From an uncultured virus (IMG/VR IMGVR_UViG_3300047377_000579) (taxonomy: Duplodnaviria; Heunggongvirae; Uroviricota; Caudoviricetes): a stretch of DNA of 64,000 nucleotides. The notes beneath the pieces were generated by a model that was given only the letters and a program-made list of their open reading frames with translations, was not told the DNA's origin and did not search any database. Each line of letters begins with the position of its first letter. Positions within the stretch are counted from its first letter, which is position 1. The position numbers and the translations under genes were made by a program. Below are positions 9,074 to 18,483 of the stretch, piece by piece. Where the stretch lies: the IMG/VR virus record IMGVR_UViG_3300047377_000579; one strand, 5' to 3'.

Positions 9074-10321
9074 CTAGTAGTTGTGATGACTCATTCCATA
9101 GCTACCACCCGCGTTCAAGTCACCGACGTCTGTACTATTAGTATCTGCACTGAACGGAAACTTATCAATAGTATTCTTATATGGCCAGCCACCGCCAGCA
9201 TCATAACCGTGAGTGGTGCTATTAGCTCCTTGAGCTGACTTAAAAAATCTTGAAATTGTGATATCACCAATATCGGAGGCATTTGCATCAGTAGCAAATG
9301 AATGTTTAAAAATATAATTCCTCGTTGAAGGATTAGCTCCACCAGATGAGTATCCATGTGTTTCTGAAGAATGACCATTTGACTGCGTCATATTATATAC
9401 TAAATTAGCAACATCAGAAGCATCAGAACCTCCAGCAAAAGAATATTTTATAATATCATTTGATTGGCCACTAGGATTGGATCCGCCTAAAGAATAAGCA
9501 TGTGTTCCCGAGCCTGTACCAGTTGCTTGGGTCCTAGCAAACCCCAGATCATCGGGAGAAAGGTTTGAAGCTGCCTCTGTCGCAAATGTAAATTTGTCAA
9601 TAGTATTTTGTTTTGTAGTAGACTGATTCTGACCACCTAAAATAACACAAAATTCTCCATTATGCGAAGCCGCCTGATTTCTTTTTCTACTAGGCATAAC
9701 ATCTGCGGTTTGAGTAGCATTTGCATCAGTAGCAAAGGAAAACTTATCAACTTCATCAATTGTTGATGGCCCGGTATAGTTGGTGCCACCTCCTAAAGTA
9801 TAACCATGAGTAGCACTACTAGTACCAGCATGATCCTGTAAGTTATAAACTAAATCGCCTGGTTCAGTTCCATTACCATCACTTGTAAACGAATATTTTT
9901 GAATATCAAAACTACTATTTGTTGGATAACCTCCAGTAGTATATCCGGCAACTGTACCTCTTAATGTTTGAGCGAATTCTCCAATCGCTAAGCCTGCAAG
10001 ATCGTCAGCCGCATAGTATTTTTCTGCCGCACTGTCCCAAACATAAAGTTCATTAAGTGCACCTAGCCAATGCAAAGATCCGTCAGTATGACTTGTAGTG
10101 CTTTCTAAAAGTAATCCACCAGAAGAATCGTAGCTATAAGCAGTAACACCACTGCCACCACCGCCTATACCTAAATCAGTGACAAACGCATTATCAACAT
10201 CTGCAATAATGATTGAACTTATTGCTGCAGAATCAGGACCAACGTCGATACCACTTGCCGATAATGTTCCTGAAGCAAGCGATACCGATAATCCAGTCGC
10301 TATATCTCTTCCTCTACTCAT
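9074..10321 (-). CDS. Kelch-like beta-propeller repeat protein, probable virion appendage
   Basis: About six S.THGY..GG...IDKF.FATDA repeats; N-terminal segment matches a repeat of the 2344 aa fibre. Confidence 0.7.
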   Translation of the reverse strand: MSRGRDIATGLSVSLASGTLSASGIDVGPDSAAISSIIIADVDNAFVTDLGIGGGGSGVTAYSYDSSGGLLLESTTSHTDGSLHWLGALNELYVWDSAAEKYYAADDLAGLAIGEFAQTLRGTVAGYTTGGYPTNSSFDIQKYSFTSDGNGTEPGDLVYNLQDHAGTSSATHGYTLGGGTNYTGPSTIDEVDKFSFATDANATQTADVMPSRKRNQAASHNGEFCVILGGQNQSTTKQNTIDKFTFATEAASNLSPDDLGFARTQATGTGSGTHAYSLGGSNPSGQSNDIIKYSFAGGSDASDVANLVYNMTQSNGHSSETHGYSSGGANPSTRNYIFKHSFATDANASDIGDITISRFFKSAQGANSTTHGYDAGGGWPYKNTIDKFPFSADTNSTDVGDLNAGGSYGMSHHNY

Positions 10322-10346
10322 TTAAATATCCTTTATTTACTAATGC

Positions 10347-10354
10347 TATTTATA
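10347..10354 (-). promoter_or_regulatory. T4-type late promoter
   Basis: Exact TATAAATA directly after portal stop. Confidence 0.8.
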
Positions 10355-11854
10355 TTAGTTTTGATCAGTGTCTACGTCTTGTTGAGGTTCTTTAGCTATT
10401 TGTTTATCAATTTCTTCAATATCTTCATCAGAAAAATGAAGTACATGCTTTTGAATCCACTCTTTCGAGAAGTATTCACCAACATAGTTACTAATTTGAT
10501 CTAATGTTTGAACCTTTTCTCTTAATATCTCGGCGTCTTTTAATTCTGTAAAGTGATTATCTCTAGCATAATCTAATACAATATCACTTTTCCACTGATT
10601 CCAATCTTCTTCAGTAATCACGCCTTTTAGAATTAATTGTTTTTGTAGAATATCTAAAAATACATGAGAAAATCTTTTACGAAGTCTATCAATAAACTTC
10701 TGAAACTTTAATTCATCTCTTGAAACTTCAGTAGATCTACCAAGACTAAACTGAGCTTCTTGCTCCAATCTATTAAGAGGTACATTAAGAGACTTATAAA
10801 GTCTTTTTTGAAAATATAAAATGTCATCAATTTGACCTAGATTTTCACCACCAGGTAATGTTGAAATTTCGGTACCTCTACCGCCTTCTCTGCGCGGTAA
10901 CCAGAAATCTTCAAGTAATGACATATGTTTACGATCATCTCTGATCTCGCCAGTTTGAGCATCATATACTAATTTATTTCTGTAGCGAGCCATGATTTGT
11001 TTCATGTACTCTTCAGACTTACCTTTAGGTAAGTTACCCACATCAATATAAAATATTCTTCTTTCAGGTGCACGTGCCAAACGATAGATAACAAGACTAT
11101 CTTCCATCATTCTTAATTGATTTAATGGCTTTAGTGCTTTATGTAAATATGATAGAATTTTTTTACGTGTTTCATCAAGTAAACCTGATGTTGTATACTG
11201 TACAGAGTCAGCTGTCAGTTTAACACCTGAGTTTTGTTGTCCTGGTTTTTCTTGGTAAATATAATATTCGTCAACTTTTTCAATTAGATTAACACCAGTA
11301 ACCGGATCTTTTTTCTTCTTTACCTGTTTTACTTTACGCATTTTAGCAGAATCGATTGGTCTAATTTCCAAGATTCCAGCTTTTAATTGCGATTCATTAA
11401 CCACAAGATGATGATAAATTCTACCATCAACATACCATCTTCTAAAAATGTCATGACCTAACTCATTAAAGTTAAGCATACCATAAATATTATCAAATTC
11501 TTCTGTAACTGTTTTCTTTACGTTATCTGGAATGTCAATATCGTCTAAATTAATCGTAATAGATTTTGATTTTTCCCCGCCAACAACAGCCTCATTTACG
11601 ATATCTTCGATTGCCATGTCCACTTCAGGGTGGTGAGAAACACCACGATACTTCATAATTAATTGATAATTATCTTTAGAGTCATCACCGTCTAAATTAA
11701 TATATTGTCCATAATGTGAACCAGATGCGGTTACATAACCAGCACCATCATCATCACGTGCAGGAACAATAGAAGGTTTTTTCTTCGGATCTTCTTGCTC
11801 AGCTCTTTTGATTTCAAAACCAAAGAGCTTTACACTTCTATCATTTTCAGCCAT
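10355..11854 (-). CDS. gp20: Portal protein (start moved to ATG 11854)
   Basis: YRLARAPERRIFYIDVGNLP and EDFWLPRREGGRGTEI motifs; SD GGAG before ATG 11854. Confidence 0.98.
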   Translation of the reverse strand: MAENDRSVKLFGFEIKRAEQEDPKKKPSIVPARDDDGAGYVTASGSHYGQYINLDGDDSKDNYQLIMKYRGVSHHPEVDMAIEDIVNEAVVGGEKSKSITINLDDIDIPDNVKKTVTEEFDNIYGMLNFNELGHDIFRRWYVDGRIYHHLVVNESQLKAGILEIRPIDSAKMRKVKQVKKKKDPVTGVNLIEKVDEYYIYQEKPGQQNSGVKLTADSVQYTTSGLLDETRKKILSYLHKALKPLNQLRMMEDSLVIYRLARAPERRIFYIDVGNLPKGKSEEYMKQIMARYRNKLVYDAQTGEIRDDRKHMSLLEDFWLPRREGGRGTEISTLPGGENLGQIDDILYFQKRLYKSLNVPLNRLEQEAQFSLGRSTEVSRDELKFQKFIDRLRKRFSHVFLDILQKQLILKGVITEEDWNQWKSDIVLDYARDNHFTELKDAEILREKVQTLDQISNYVGEYFSKEWIQKHVLHFSDEDIEEIDKQIAKEPQQDVDTDQN

Positions 11855-11870
11855 ACTATTCTCCAATTTG

Positions 11871-11897
11871 AGTGGAGGCAGATAGTCCGCCTCCACT
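11871..11897 (-). other. GC-rich intergenic hairpin between gp19 and gp20
   Basis: AGTGGAGGCGGA-CTA-TCTGCCTCCACT (one G-U pair); no U-tract. Confidence 0.7.
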
Positions 11898-11908
11898 TAT
11901 TATTTATC

Positions 11909-12445
11909 TTAGCTTGTAGTAAGCGGATTCTCAGAATCAAAGTACTGATACTGGAATGTTGTAGTGAATCTTTCGATATCATCTGTCGTCGCATAATTCA
12001 CTTCGATAGGTGAAAGATCTGTAGGGAATGCACCTCTAAAGGTGTATTGCTTTACTGATTCACCAGCTCTGTCAAGCTGTTCAATTTTTAGATCTGCTTC
12101 ATACGCAATTGGTGAAGCTAATCCAGTATTGGCTGAATGTGCATTCATACCATTCATCCATCTTTCCATTGAATTGCGTACTGCAAAGTCTGTGTCATTA
12201 ATGATAGTGACTGTCCATTCTGCGAATGTACGATCACCAGCCATTTTCAGCTGACGTCCACGGAAAGGTACAACTATTGTACCCATTGTAGAGCCAGGAA
12301 GCTGGGCTGCTTCACACAAGAAAGATGTTAATTCTGGATCACCACCTGCATAAGCTGGAAAGTTAATAGTGGCTTTAAATAGATTAGGTCTAGCACCACC
12401 ACCTCTCAGCTTTGATTTGAAGTCATCAACTCCTAATACTGCCAT
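11909..12445 (-). CDS. gp19: Tail tube protein
   Basis: GGARPNLF, PFRGRQLKMAGDRTF, WTVTIINDTDF motifs. Confidence 0.97.
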   Translation of the reverse strand: MAVLGVDDFKSKLRGGGARPNLFKATINFPAYAGGDPELTSFLCEAAQLPGSTMGTIVVPFRGRQLKMAGDRTFAEWTVTIINDTDFAVRNSMERWMNGMNAHSANTGLASPIAYEADLKIEQLDRAGESVKQYTFRGAFPTDLSPIEVNYATTDDIERFTTTFQYQYFDSENPLTTS

Positions 12446-12459
12446 TTTTTTCTCCTATG

Positions 12460-14196
12460 TTAAACTGTGCCAACGACTTCTTCAAAGTCGACGCCAGTTC
12501 TAACTGCCACAAAGTTCAGAGTGACATAGTTGATGGAACGAGCAGGCTTGATGAAGATGCTTGCGATAAACTCATTACGATCAATAACTTCGGCTGTGTT
12601 GTTTGTTTCATCAGCAACAACCTTAAAGTCTGTGATACCACGTCTACCTTTAATCTCTCTCAATACAGGCTCAATAATGTTTACAAATTCTGCTCTAGTG
12701 AACTCATCATTGAATTCGAACAAGACTTGCTCTGCTGCTCTACCAATTGCCCTTTCAAGTACAAGGAACAATCTACGAACGTTAATACGATCGAAAGCAG
12801 AAGGTCTATTTAGTTTGGTTTTATCTCCGAAGAGGATAACCCCTTGACCAGGAATATTAGCAATTGGATTAACACTAGCTTTATAGAGAGTATCTCTTTG
12901 AGCCTTTGTTGGTGTCCAACTAATTGCCGTAATTCCTAGATACTGACCACGTCTAGAACCTGCTGGTGAGAACCATGGTGCTCTATTAATGTCAGTTGCA
13001 GCCATCAAGCCTGCAGTAGAAGATGCAGCAGGAATATGAATATATTGATCGTTATATTTATCATAAACCTTTAGATAATTACCATCCATAATTAAATAAG
13101 ATGAATTGGTAAACGTATTAGCAGTAGCAACAACATTAGTTGTAATTGATGTCGGATTTGTAAGATTTATTACATCATCACGCGCAGGTGAAGTAACAAC
13201 CACACAATCTTTACGAGTTGATTGTGCAGTACTGATCAAGTCATTAACAATAGTAGTTTGATCAGTTGTTGTACCCATACCAGGTGCAATCAAGAAATCA
13301 ACTTCTACAATATCTTTGTCTTCGAAAAGATCATGACCTGTAGCATATTCGGCAGTACCTAATGCAGCAGAGTTTACACCTTGCGTAAAGGTATAATCTG
13401 TAGCAGCATTTAACGTGTTAAAGTCTTTGCCACTAGTAGCAGCTGTTCCGCCTAAGCTATAATCAGAATCGAAGTTAACCATCCATGCGTATGAAGAGCG
13501 CTCATTAATTGCGTCTTTTACATAGTTAACTGTACCATCTGCATTTTTAGCATCTGAGGCTTGTGATAAGAATGGGAATGTTTCTAAAACTGTATTAGCA
13601 GTTCCAGTTAATTCTCCATTGGCATCTACGATTGCTACATGTACTTCATCGTCTGTTGCGCTTTTACCAGTTGCATATGCACTAGTACCAGGTGCAGCGT
13701 CGAATGATGACTTATATGTCCAAGCATCAAACGCAGAGTCGTTTGCTGGACACATAGAGATTTTTAAGCTATTACCCAAAACACCTGGATATTTAGCTAC
13801 GAAAGTGTGGGCATCTGAATCTAATGCGGAAAGTTGTGCATCAAAATCATCAGCGTTTTTGACAAGCTCAGCAGGTGGAGTATCTGAAGCTGTTTGACCT
13901 GTAGTCGAGACAGCATTCTTAGCAGCAGAAGTAACTTCTCTTACCACTTGCATTGAGCTAGAATAGCGCAGAAAATATGATGCGCTATGAAAATCGATTG
14001 TGTTGACAGTGTCTGGTGAAGCAAAAGTATCTACCAATTGCGCTTCATTTGCAATTGATACTCTTTGCTCTACTGGACCCCAACGAAAATTACCTACGAT
14101 GGCGCCTGTAGTTGACTGGACATTTGGCACGCCACCAGTCAGATCTATTTCTTTGACGACAACCGCAGGAGATTCGGACGGTGTAAAGAGTGCCAT
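12460..14196 (-). CDS. gp18: Tail sheath protein
   Basis: SPAVVVKEIDLT, PWFSPAG, SAFDRINVRRLF, IKPARSINY motifs. Confidence 0.98.
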   Translation of the reverse strand: MALFTPSESPAVVVKEIDLTGGVPNVQSTTGAIVGNFRWGPVEQRVSIANEAQLVDTFASPDTVNTIDFHSASYFLRYSSSMQVVREVTSAAKNAVSTTGQTASDTPPAELVKNADDFDAQLSALDSDAHTFVAKYPGVLGNSLKISMCPANDSAFDAWTYKSSFDAAPGTSAYATGKSATDDEVHVAIVDANGELTGTANTVLETFPFLSQASDAKNADGTVNYVKDAINERSSYAWMVNFDSDYSLGGTAATSGKDFNTLNAATDYTFTQGVNSAALGTAEYATGHDLFEDKDIVEVDFLIAPGMGTTTDQTTIVNDLISTAQSTRKDCVVVTSPARDDVINLTNPTSITTNVVATANTFTNSSYLIMDGNYLKVYDKYNDQYIHIPAASSTAGLMAATDINRAPWFSPAGSRRGQYLGITAISWTPTKAQRDTLYKASVNPIANIPGQGVILFGDKTKLNRPSAFDRINVRRLFLVLERAIGRAAEQVLFEFNDEFTRAEFVNIIEPVLREIKGRRGITDFKVVADETNNTAEVIDRNEFIASIFIKPARSINYVTLNFVAVRTGVDFEEVVGTV

Positions 14197-14258
14197 ACTT
14201 TTTTCCTTTTTCGGTTACTAATTATAAGTATCATGATACGGTTGTTCACATATGCTAT

Positions 14259-14266
14259 TATTTATA
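14259..14266 (-). promoter_or_regulatory. T4-type late promoter
   Basis: Exact TATAAATA, intergenic upstream of gp18. Confidence 0.8.
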
Positions 14267-14277
14267 ATAGTATGAAA

Positions 14278-15882
14278 TTAGAAGTTTTCATTCGTATATT
14301 CTATTGCCCAAGGATTATCTTCTTTTTCTAAATTTTGTATATGATCACTAGCATCATCAATAAATCCGAACGGAACTACATCATCCTCAATTTCTTTCAT
14401 CCTCTGATTAAATAGCATATCTTTCAAATTAATATCTGTCATATCACCAAAGTATTGAGTAGATGAAAAGTAGCCAAACATTACTAAATTCATCATTAAG
14501 TCATCATGATTTCCATCAGAAGCTTCATACGACTGACCCTTAGCAACAAAGGTAGATATTTCTAATATAGTTTCTTCGTCAACAATATCTAATTTATTAT
14601 TTTCTAGAATATCTTTTATTGAAGAGCAGCCAAGTCTTTTAGTTTTACGCGTAATTTCAATACCAATTCTATTTGCTTTTACTGTAGATTCTAAGTGTAA
14701 GTTTTCATATTCTAAATCGTGATAAAGACCATTACATACAACCGTACCTTGATCATTCGATTCTATAACCACATAAGCATTATTGTAGACTTTCGCATAC
14801 TTATATATAATATTGGGGAAGAGTAAAGGAGAGATAGTGTTATTGCGATATACAGCAACCTGTGCAAATGGGCGAACGCTAATATCGATCAAATTAAAAG
14901 TAGAATAATCCTGACCTCTTCCCTTACTTACATCAACAGTCATAATATAATCATGATCTTTTACTACTTTACTGTATACTAAAAGATCTCCAGACTCTAA
15001 AGCTTCAATATATGGTTTTGCTCTAAAGCTCATAAGAGTTTCTGCGTTGATAAGAGTATCACCAGTACCAAAAAATGTATTACCAAACTCTTGATCAAAT
15101 TGTAATTGAGAGGTATTACCTATTGTTTGTTTTTTCCATTCATCATCGCGACCTGGTACATCCCACCAATCTACTCTAAACGGATAAAATTCGTTAGTGC
15201 TTTGACTTGCTCCTTCCCATATTTTATAGAAAGTATTACCAATGCCATTCGCTGTTGAGGTAACGATAATTTTTGTATCTTTACCAGCAGATACAACAGG
15301 GTACGTGGAGGTATAGAATTCATTAGCTCTCTCCACAAATGCGAACTCGTCTAGGTAAAGTAAGTTTACTGAAAGACCACGAATAGAACTACCGCTAGTA
15401 GCTGCAGCGATGATCCTACTGTTATTGCTAAACTCAAGTGATCCTTTATTAAGCGCCTTACAGCCCGGTTGTAAAAAGAACGGAATGTTTTCCAACATAA
15501 GCGTGATACGAGATAACATTTCCCGAGCAGTTGCCCCTTTGTTAGCAAGAACCGCAACCGTTTTTTCCGAATGGAAGAGCGCATACCAGAGAAGATATGC
15601 ACACGCCGATATTGATTTGCCCGATTGTCGACATGCCAATACAATGTTAAACCTATGCTCATTAAAGTGCCTAAACATTTTCTTTTGATAAGGATATAGT
15701 TTAAATGGAACTAACCCTTCATCAAGTGATATAACTTTACAATATTTTTCAGCAAAGTGTATAGGATCTTTACTACACTTTCTGTATTCTTTTATTAGCT
15801 CTTTAGTCCATCCTTGTTGAACACCATCGCGCTTAACATTTGGATTTCCTAAATAAGATTCAGCTTGATTCAGGAGTGACAT
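14278..15882 (-). CDS. gp17: Terminase large subunit
   Basis: Walker A RQSGKS, Walker B LLYLDEFAF, STANG, nuclease DVSKGRGQDYS and HDDLMM. Confidence 0.98.
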   Translation of the reverse strand: MSLLNQAESYLGNPNVKRDGVQQGWTKELIKEYRKCSKDPIHFAEKYCKVISLDEGLVPFKLYPYQKKMFRHFNEHRFNIVLACRQSGKSISACAYLLWYALFHSEKTVAVLANKGATAREMLSRITLMLENIPFFLQPGCKALNKGSLEFSNNSRIIAAATSGSSIRGLSVNLLYLDEFAFVERANEFYTSTYPVVSAGKDTKIIVTSTANGIGNTFYKIWEGASQSTNEFYPFRVDWWDVPGRDDEWKKQTIGNTSQLQFDQEFGNTFFGTGDTLINAETLMSFRAKPYIEALESGDLLVYSKVVKDHDYIMTVDVSKGRGQDYSTFNLIDISVRPFAQVAVYRNNTISPLLFPNIIYKYAKVYNNAYVVIESNDQGTVVCNGLYHDLEYENLHLESTVKANRIGIEITRKTKRLGCSSIKDILENNKLDIVDEETILEISTFVAKGQSYEASDGNHDDLMMNLVMFGYFSSTQYFGDMTDINLKDMLFNQRMKEIEDDVVPFGFIDDASDHIQNLEKEDNPWAIEYTNENF

Positions 15883-16231
15883 CGATTATATCGTCTTCAT
15901 CATCATTAAGCATTTTTTGCAACTCGGCCGTAGAACCTATAAAAACATTATTATTTGTGGTTGAACCTGCAATTTGTGCCGGCTCTTTATCTGTTGTAAT
16001 GTCTTTATTTTTCTTATTGAGATCCATTAGCTTATCATTAACATCAGATATATTTTTAATCATACCTGATAAGACTTCATATGCTCTTGGATGCTCTGAA
16101 GCTCGAGCGACTTCGATCATATCTTCTAAGGATTCACGACCTTTTTCAATTAACTCATAATAAGTATCACGGGAATACTCATAATCGTTTTTGATTTTAT
16201 CATTTTTTTCCATCAATCTGTACCAATTCAC
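15860..16231 (-). CDS. gp16: Terminase small subunit (true start probably MEKND near 16213)
   Basis: DYEYSR, SEHPRAYEV, NNNVFIGSTAELQKML motifs. Confidence 0.93.
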   Translation of the reverse strand: MNWYRLMEKNDKIKNDYEYSRDTYYELIEKGRESLEDMIEVARASEHPRAYEVLSGMIKNISDVNDKLMDLNKKNKDITTDKEPAQIAGSTTNNNVFIGSTAELQKMLNDDEDDIIDVTPESS

Positions 16232-16622
16232 GGTTTTTCAAGTGTTGCTCAGCTATGTCATCTTTTGATTGACCATAGTAGTTAACTGCATGATGCTTTT
16301 CAATCATATATTGGTTAATAGACCTATCGGCATAGTTAGTAGTTCTCCAAAGTTCACCTAAAATCCTACCAAATTTGCCTTCAGCATCCTTATGAGTCTT
16401 AAGAATAATACCACCTTCATCATCTAATAAGCCTGTTAGAAAATCTTTAGCCGCTAATCCATATTTTTTTTCTTCGAGATCTCTAGTGCGTGATTCTGGA
16501 GTATCAATCCCAAATAAACGAACTCTTTCTTTATGTAACCATACGCCGAATCCTAAATCAATATCAACATCAACTGTATCGCCATCAACAATGTGCACTA
16601 CTTTACATCTATATTCATACAT
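16200..16622 (-). CDS. Thermonuclease (staphylococcal nuclease-like)
   Basis: VDGDTVD, RVRLFGIDTPESRT, GKFGRILG motifs. Confidence 0.9.
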   Translation of the reverse strand: MYEYRCKVVHIVDGDTVDVDIDLGFGVWLHKERVRLFGIDTPESRTRDLEEKKYGLAAKDFLTGLLDDEGGIILKTHKDAEGKFGRILGELWRTTNYADRSINQYMIEKHHAVNYYGQSKDDIAEQHLKNRELVQIDGKK

Positions 16623-16633
16623 ATTATTTACCT

Positions 16634-17425
16634 TTATGCGCTATCGAAGCTTAAATCAATAGCTGTTGTAAATCCAAAATCACTATCTGATAGCCCGATT
16701 ACATTACTAGGATTAGGAGTAACTGTAATCTTTTCTAATTTTGTATCAGTAGTATCTAAGTCTGCTGTTTGTAGAAATACATCTGCAATACCGGTTCTAA
16801 TAATATCCTTTGTATTTATTGGTCCATAGAATGACACTTTCATTTCAAAATCTAATGTGTAAATAATAGTGCGTCTTTGCTCTAAAGATCCTTCAAAGTC
16901 ATCTGTAAATCCTACGCCTTGAATAACAACAGGAATATCTTCCTTAAATGTAGGATATTCAGTATTAAAAGGTTTAATTGTTATTGTGTATTGTGGATTA
17001 AATGTAGGTAAAATTTGTTCTACAATTTGCAAAGCATCATCTTGTGTTTTAGCATATACGTTTAGCTGAAAATTAATTGTATAAGGAACAGGAGAATAAA
17101 ACTTTTGTCTATTCTCTACTGCAGAACCTATAGTATTAAAGTTAGAAACTTTAGTTAATTGCCTTGTTTGATCATATACTAATGACGTCATTTCGAATGA
17201 CATACGTGGCAACTTAACAGCAACCTGAGTATTATTATCTAAGTCTGGATTTTCTGCTAATCTTTCTAGAAATTTAGATTTGGGTGCATATGACAAAGGC
17301 ACTTTAACTTGGCTAATTACACCACCACTAGCATTTTTACGTATCACATATAAGTTATTAAAAAGCGCACCAAAAATAGATACACTCTTTCTAATCTTCT
17401 CGTGATAGAAATGCGTTCCAAACAT
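16634..17425 (-). CDS. gp15: Tail sheath stabiliser / terminator
   Basis: MFGTHFYH, KVPLSYAPK, LPRMSFE, QIVEQILPTF motifs. Confidence 0.95.
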   Translation of the reverse strand: MFGTHFYHEKIRKSVSIFGALFNNLYVIRKNASGGVISQVKVPLSYAPKSKFLERLAENPDLDNNTQVAVKLPRMSFEMTSLVYDQTRQLTKVSNFNTIGSAVENRQKFYSPVPYTINFQLNVYAKTQDDALQIVEQILPTFNPQYTITIKPFNTEYPTFKEDIPVVIQGVGFTDDFEGSLEQRRTIIYTLDFEMKVSFYGPINTKDIIRTGIADVFLQTADLDTTDTKLEKITVTPNPSNVIGLSDSDFGFTTAIDLSFDSA

Positions 17426-17616
17426 TAGCGTTTCTCTATAATTTTCTTCATTGTCTTTGTTGCAGTTTCAGTAAACATGCATGGCACAACAGCATGAATA
17501 ATTAAAACTGGTACTAATAACTGTAAAGTAACAGCAACTCCTACGGCATGTGTTAAGTGTTGTAATCCGCTTTCGTTAACACTATTTAGATGCTCTTTGC
17601 ATTTACGACTAAACAT
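17425..17616 (-). CDS. Small hydrophobic protein (DUF6356-like)
   Basis: HL.SVNES..QH...IHAVVP..F..TA pattern. Confidence 0.55.
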   Translation of the reverse strand: MFSRKCKEHLNSVNESGLQHLTHAVGVAVTLQLLVPVLIIHAVVPCMFTETATKTMKKIIEKR

Positions 17617-18482
17617 TAGCTAGGATCTCCAAAGGGATTGTTTTCGGTAAAGTCTAAGAAGCCAGCTGCGTCTGACTGGAAATCATCGTTTTGTTCATTA
17701 TTAGAAATCTTATTATCTTCTGTTATTGCTGTAACAGTATAACTAGAATCATTTACTAATAAAGGCTGAGATGTAATAAAGTTATGATACAATCCGTCAT
17801 TTGCACCAACATGAATAAGGTGTAACTTATTATCGGAGTCTGACCACTTAGCAACCTCTCCGCTCATAATTGTACCATCAGTAAATGTTTGCGTAGCTGT
17901 TTGGCCAATCTCGATTACACCATTTGCTCCAAGAGTTAGTATGTATGTATAAGCATATTTAGTTTCTATTTCATCAATTACTTCGATACCTGTATCTAAA
18001 TCTTCGTCATTATATTCAAATAACTGAGCTCTTAATTTATATACTGGCAAATTAGATAGCTGATAGAATGGCTGCTCGTGCTCAACATGTAAGATCTCAA
18101 ACATTTTATTTGTCATGGGAAGATATAATAGATCACCTTCACGTGGTCTTTCAGATTCAATCTCATTATCATACTGGCCAATAGTCATATTCCATCTACG
18201 ACGAGATACAATAAACGTAGCTTCGTCTCTAATCTCTACACCAAATCGAGTAAAGAGATCTCCTTCACCGTCAAATCCTTCGACGTTCTCGATATACATT
18301 TCAATCTTATATGAAGAATTAAAGCGAGATGGTACATCTTCACCAAGAATCGGATCTTTATTTACAATATCCCGCGGAAGATAATAGAGATCTTGTCCAT
18401 AGATCTTAAGCGATTCTATGACTATGTCGTCGTAAAGATTTTGTTCTGATCTAACTTTATCAGAAAAATAAACATTTCTCAT
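17616..18482 (-). CDS. gp14: Neck protein
   Basis: IESLKIYGQD, RPREGDLLY, VEHEQPFYQL, DFTENNPFG motifs. Confidence 0.95.
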   Translation of the reverse strand: MRNVYFSDKVRSEQNLYDDIVIESLKIYGQDLYYLPRDIVNKDPILGEDVPSRFNSSYKIEMYIENVEGFDGEGDLFTRFGVEIRDEATFIVSRRRWNMTIGQYDNEIESERPREGDLLYLPMTNKMFEILHVEHEQPFYQLSNLPVYKLRAQLFEYNDEDLDTGIEVIDEIETKYAYTYILTLGANGVIEIGQTATQTFTDGTIMSGEVAKWSDSDNKLHLIHVGANDGLYHNFITSQPLLVNDSSYTVTAITEDNKISNNEQNDDFQSDAAGFLDFTENNPFGDPS

Positions 18483-18483
18483 A

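Noticed and set aside
4357..10321. Diversity-generating retroelement template/variable repeat pair
   Set aside because: No reverse transcriptase in the window, both copies are coding, and differences are not adenine-specific.
11855..11896. ORF-track GTG start of the portal gene at 11896
   Set aside because: It lies inside the hairpin; ATG 11854 has an SD and a typical N-terminus.
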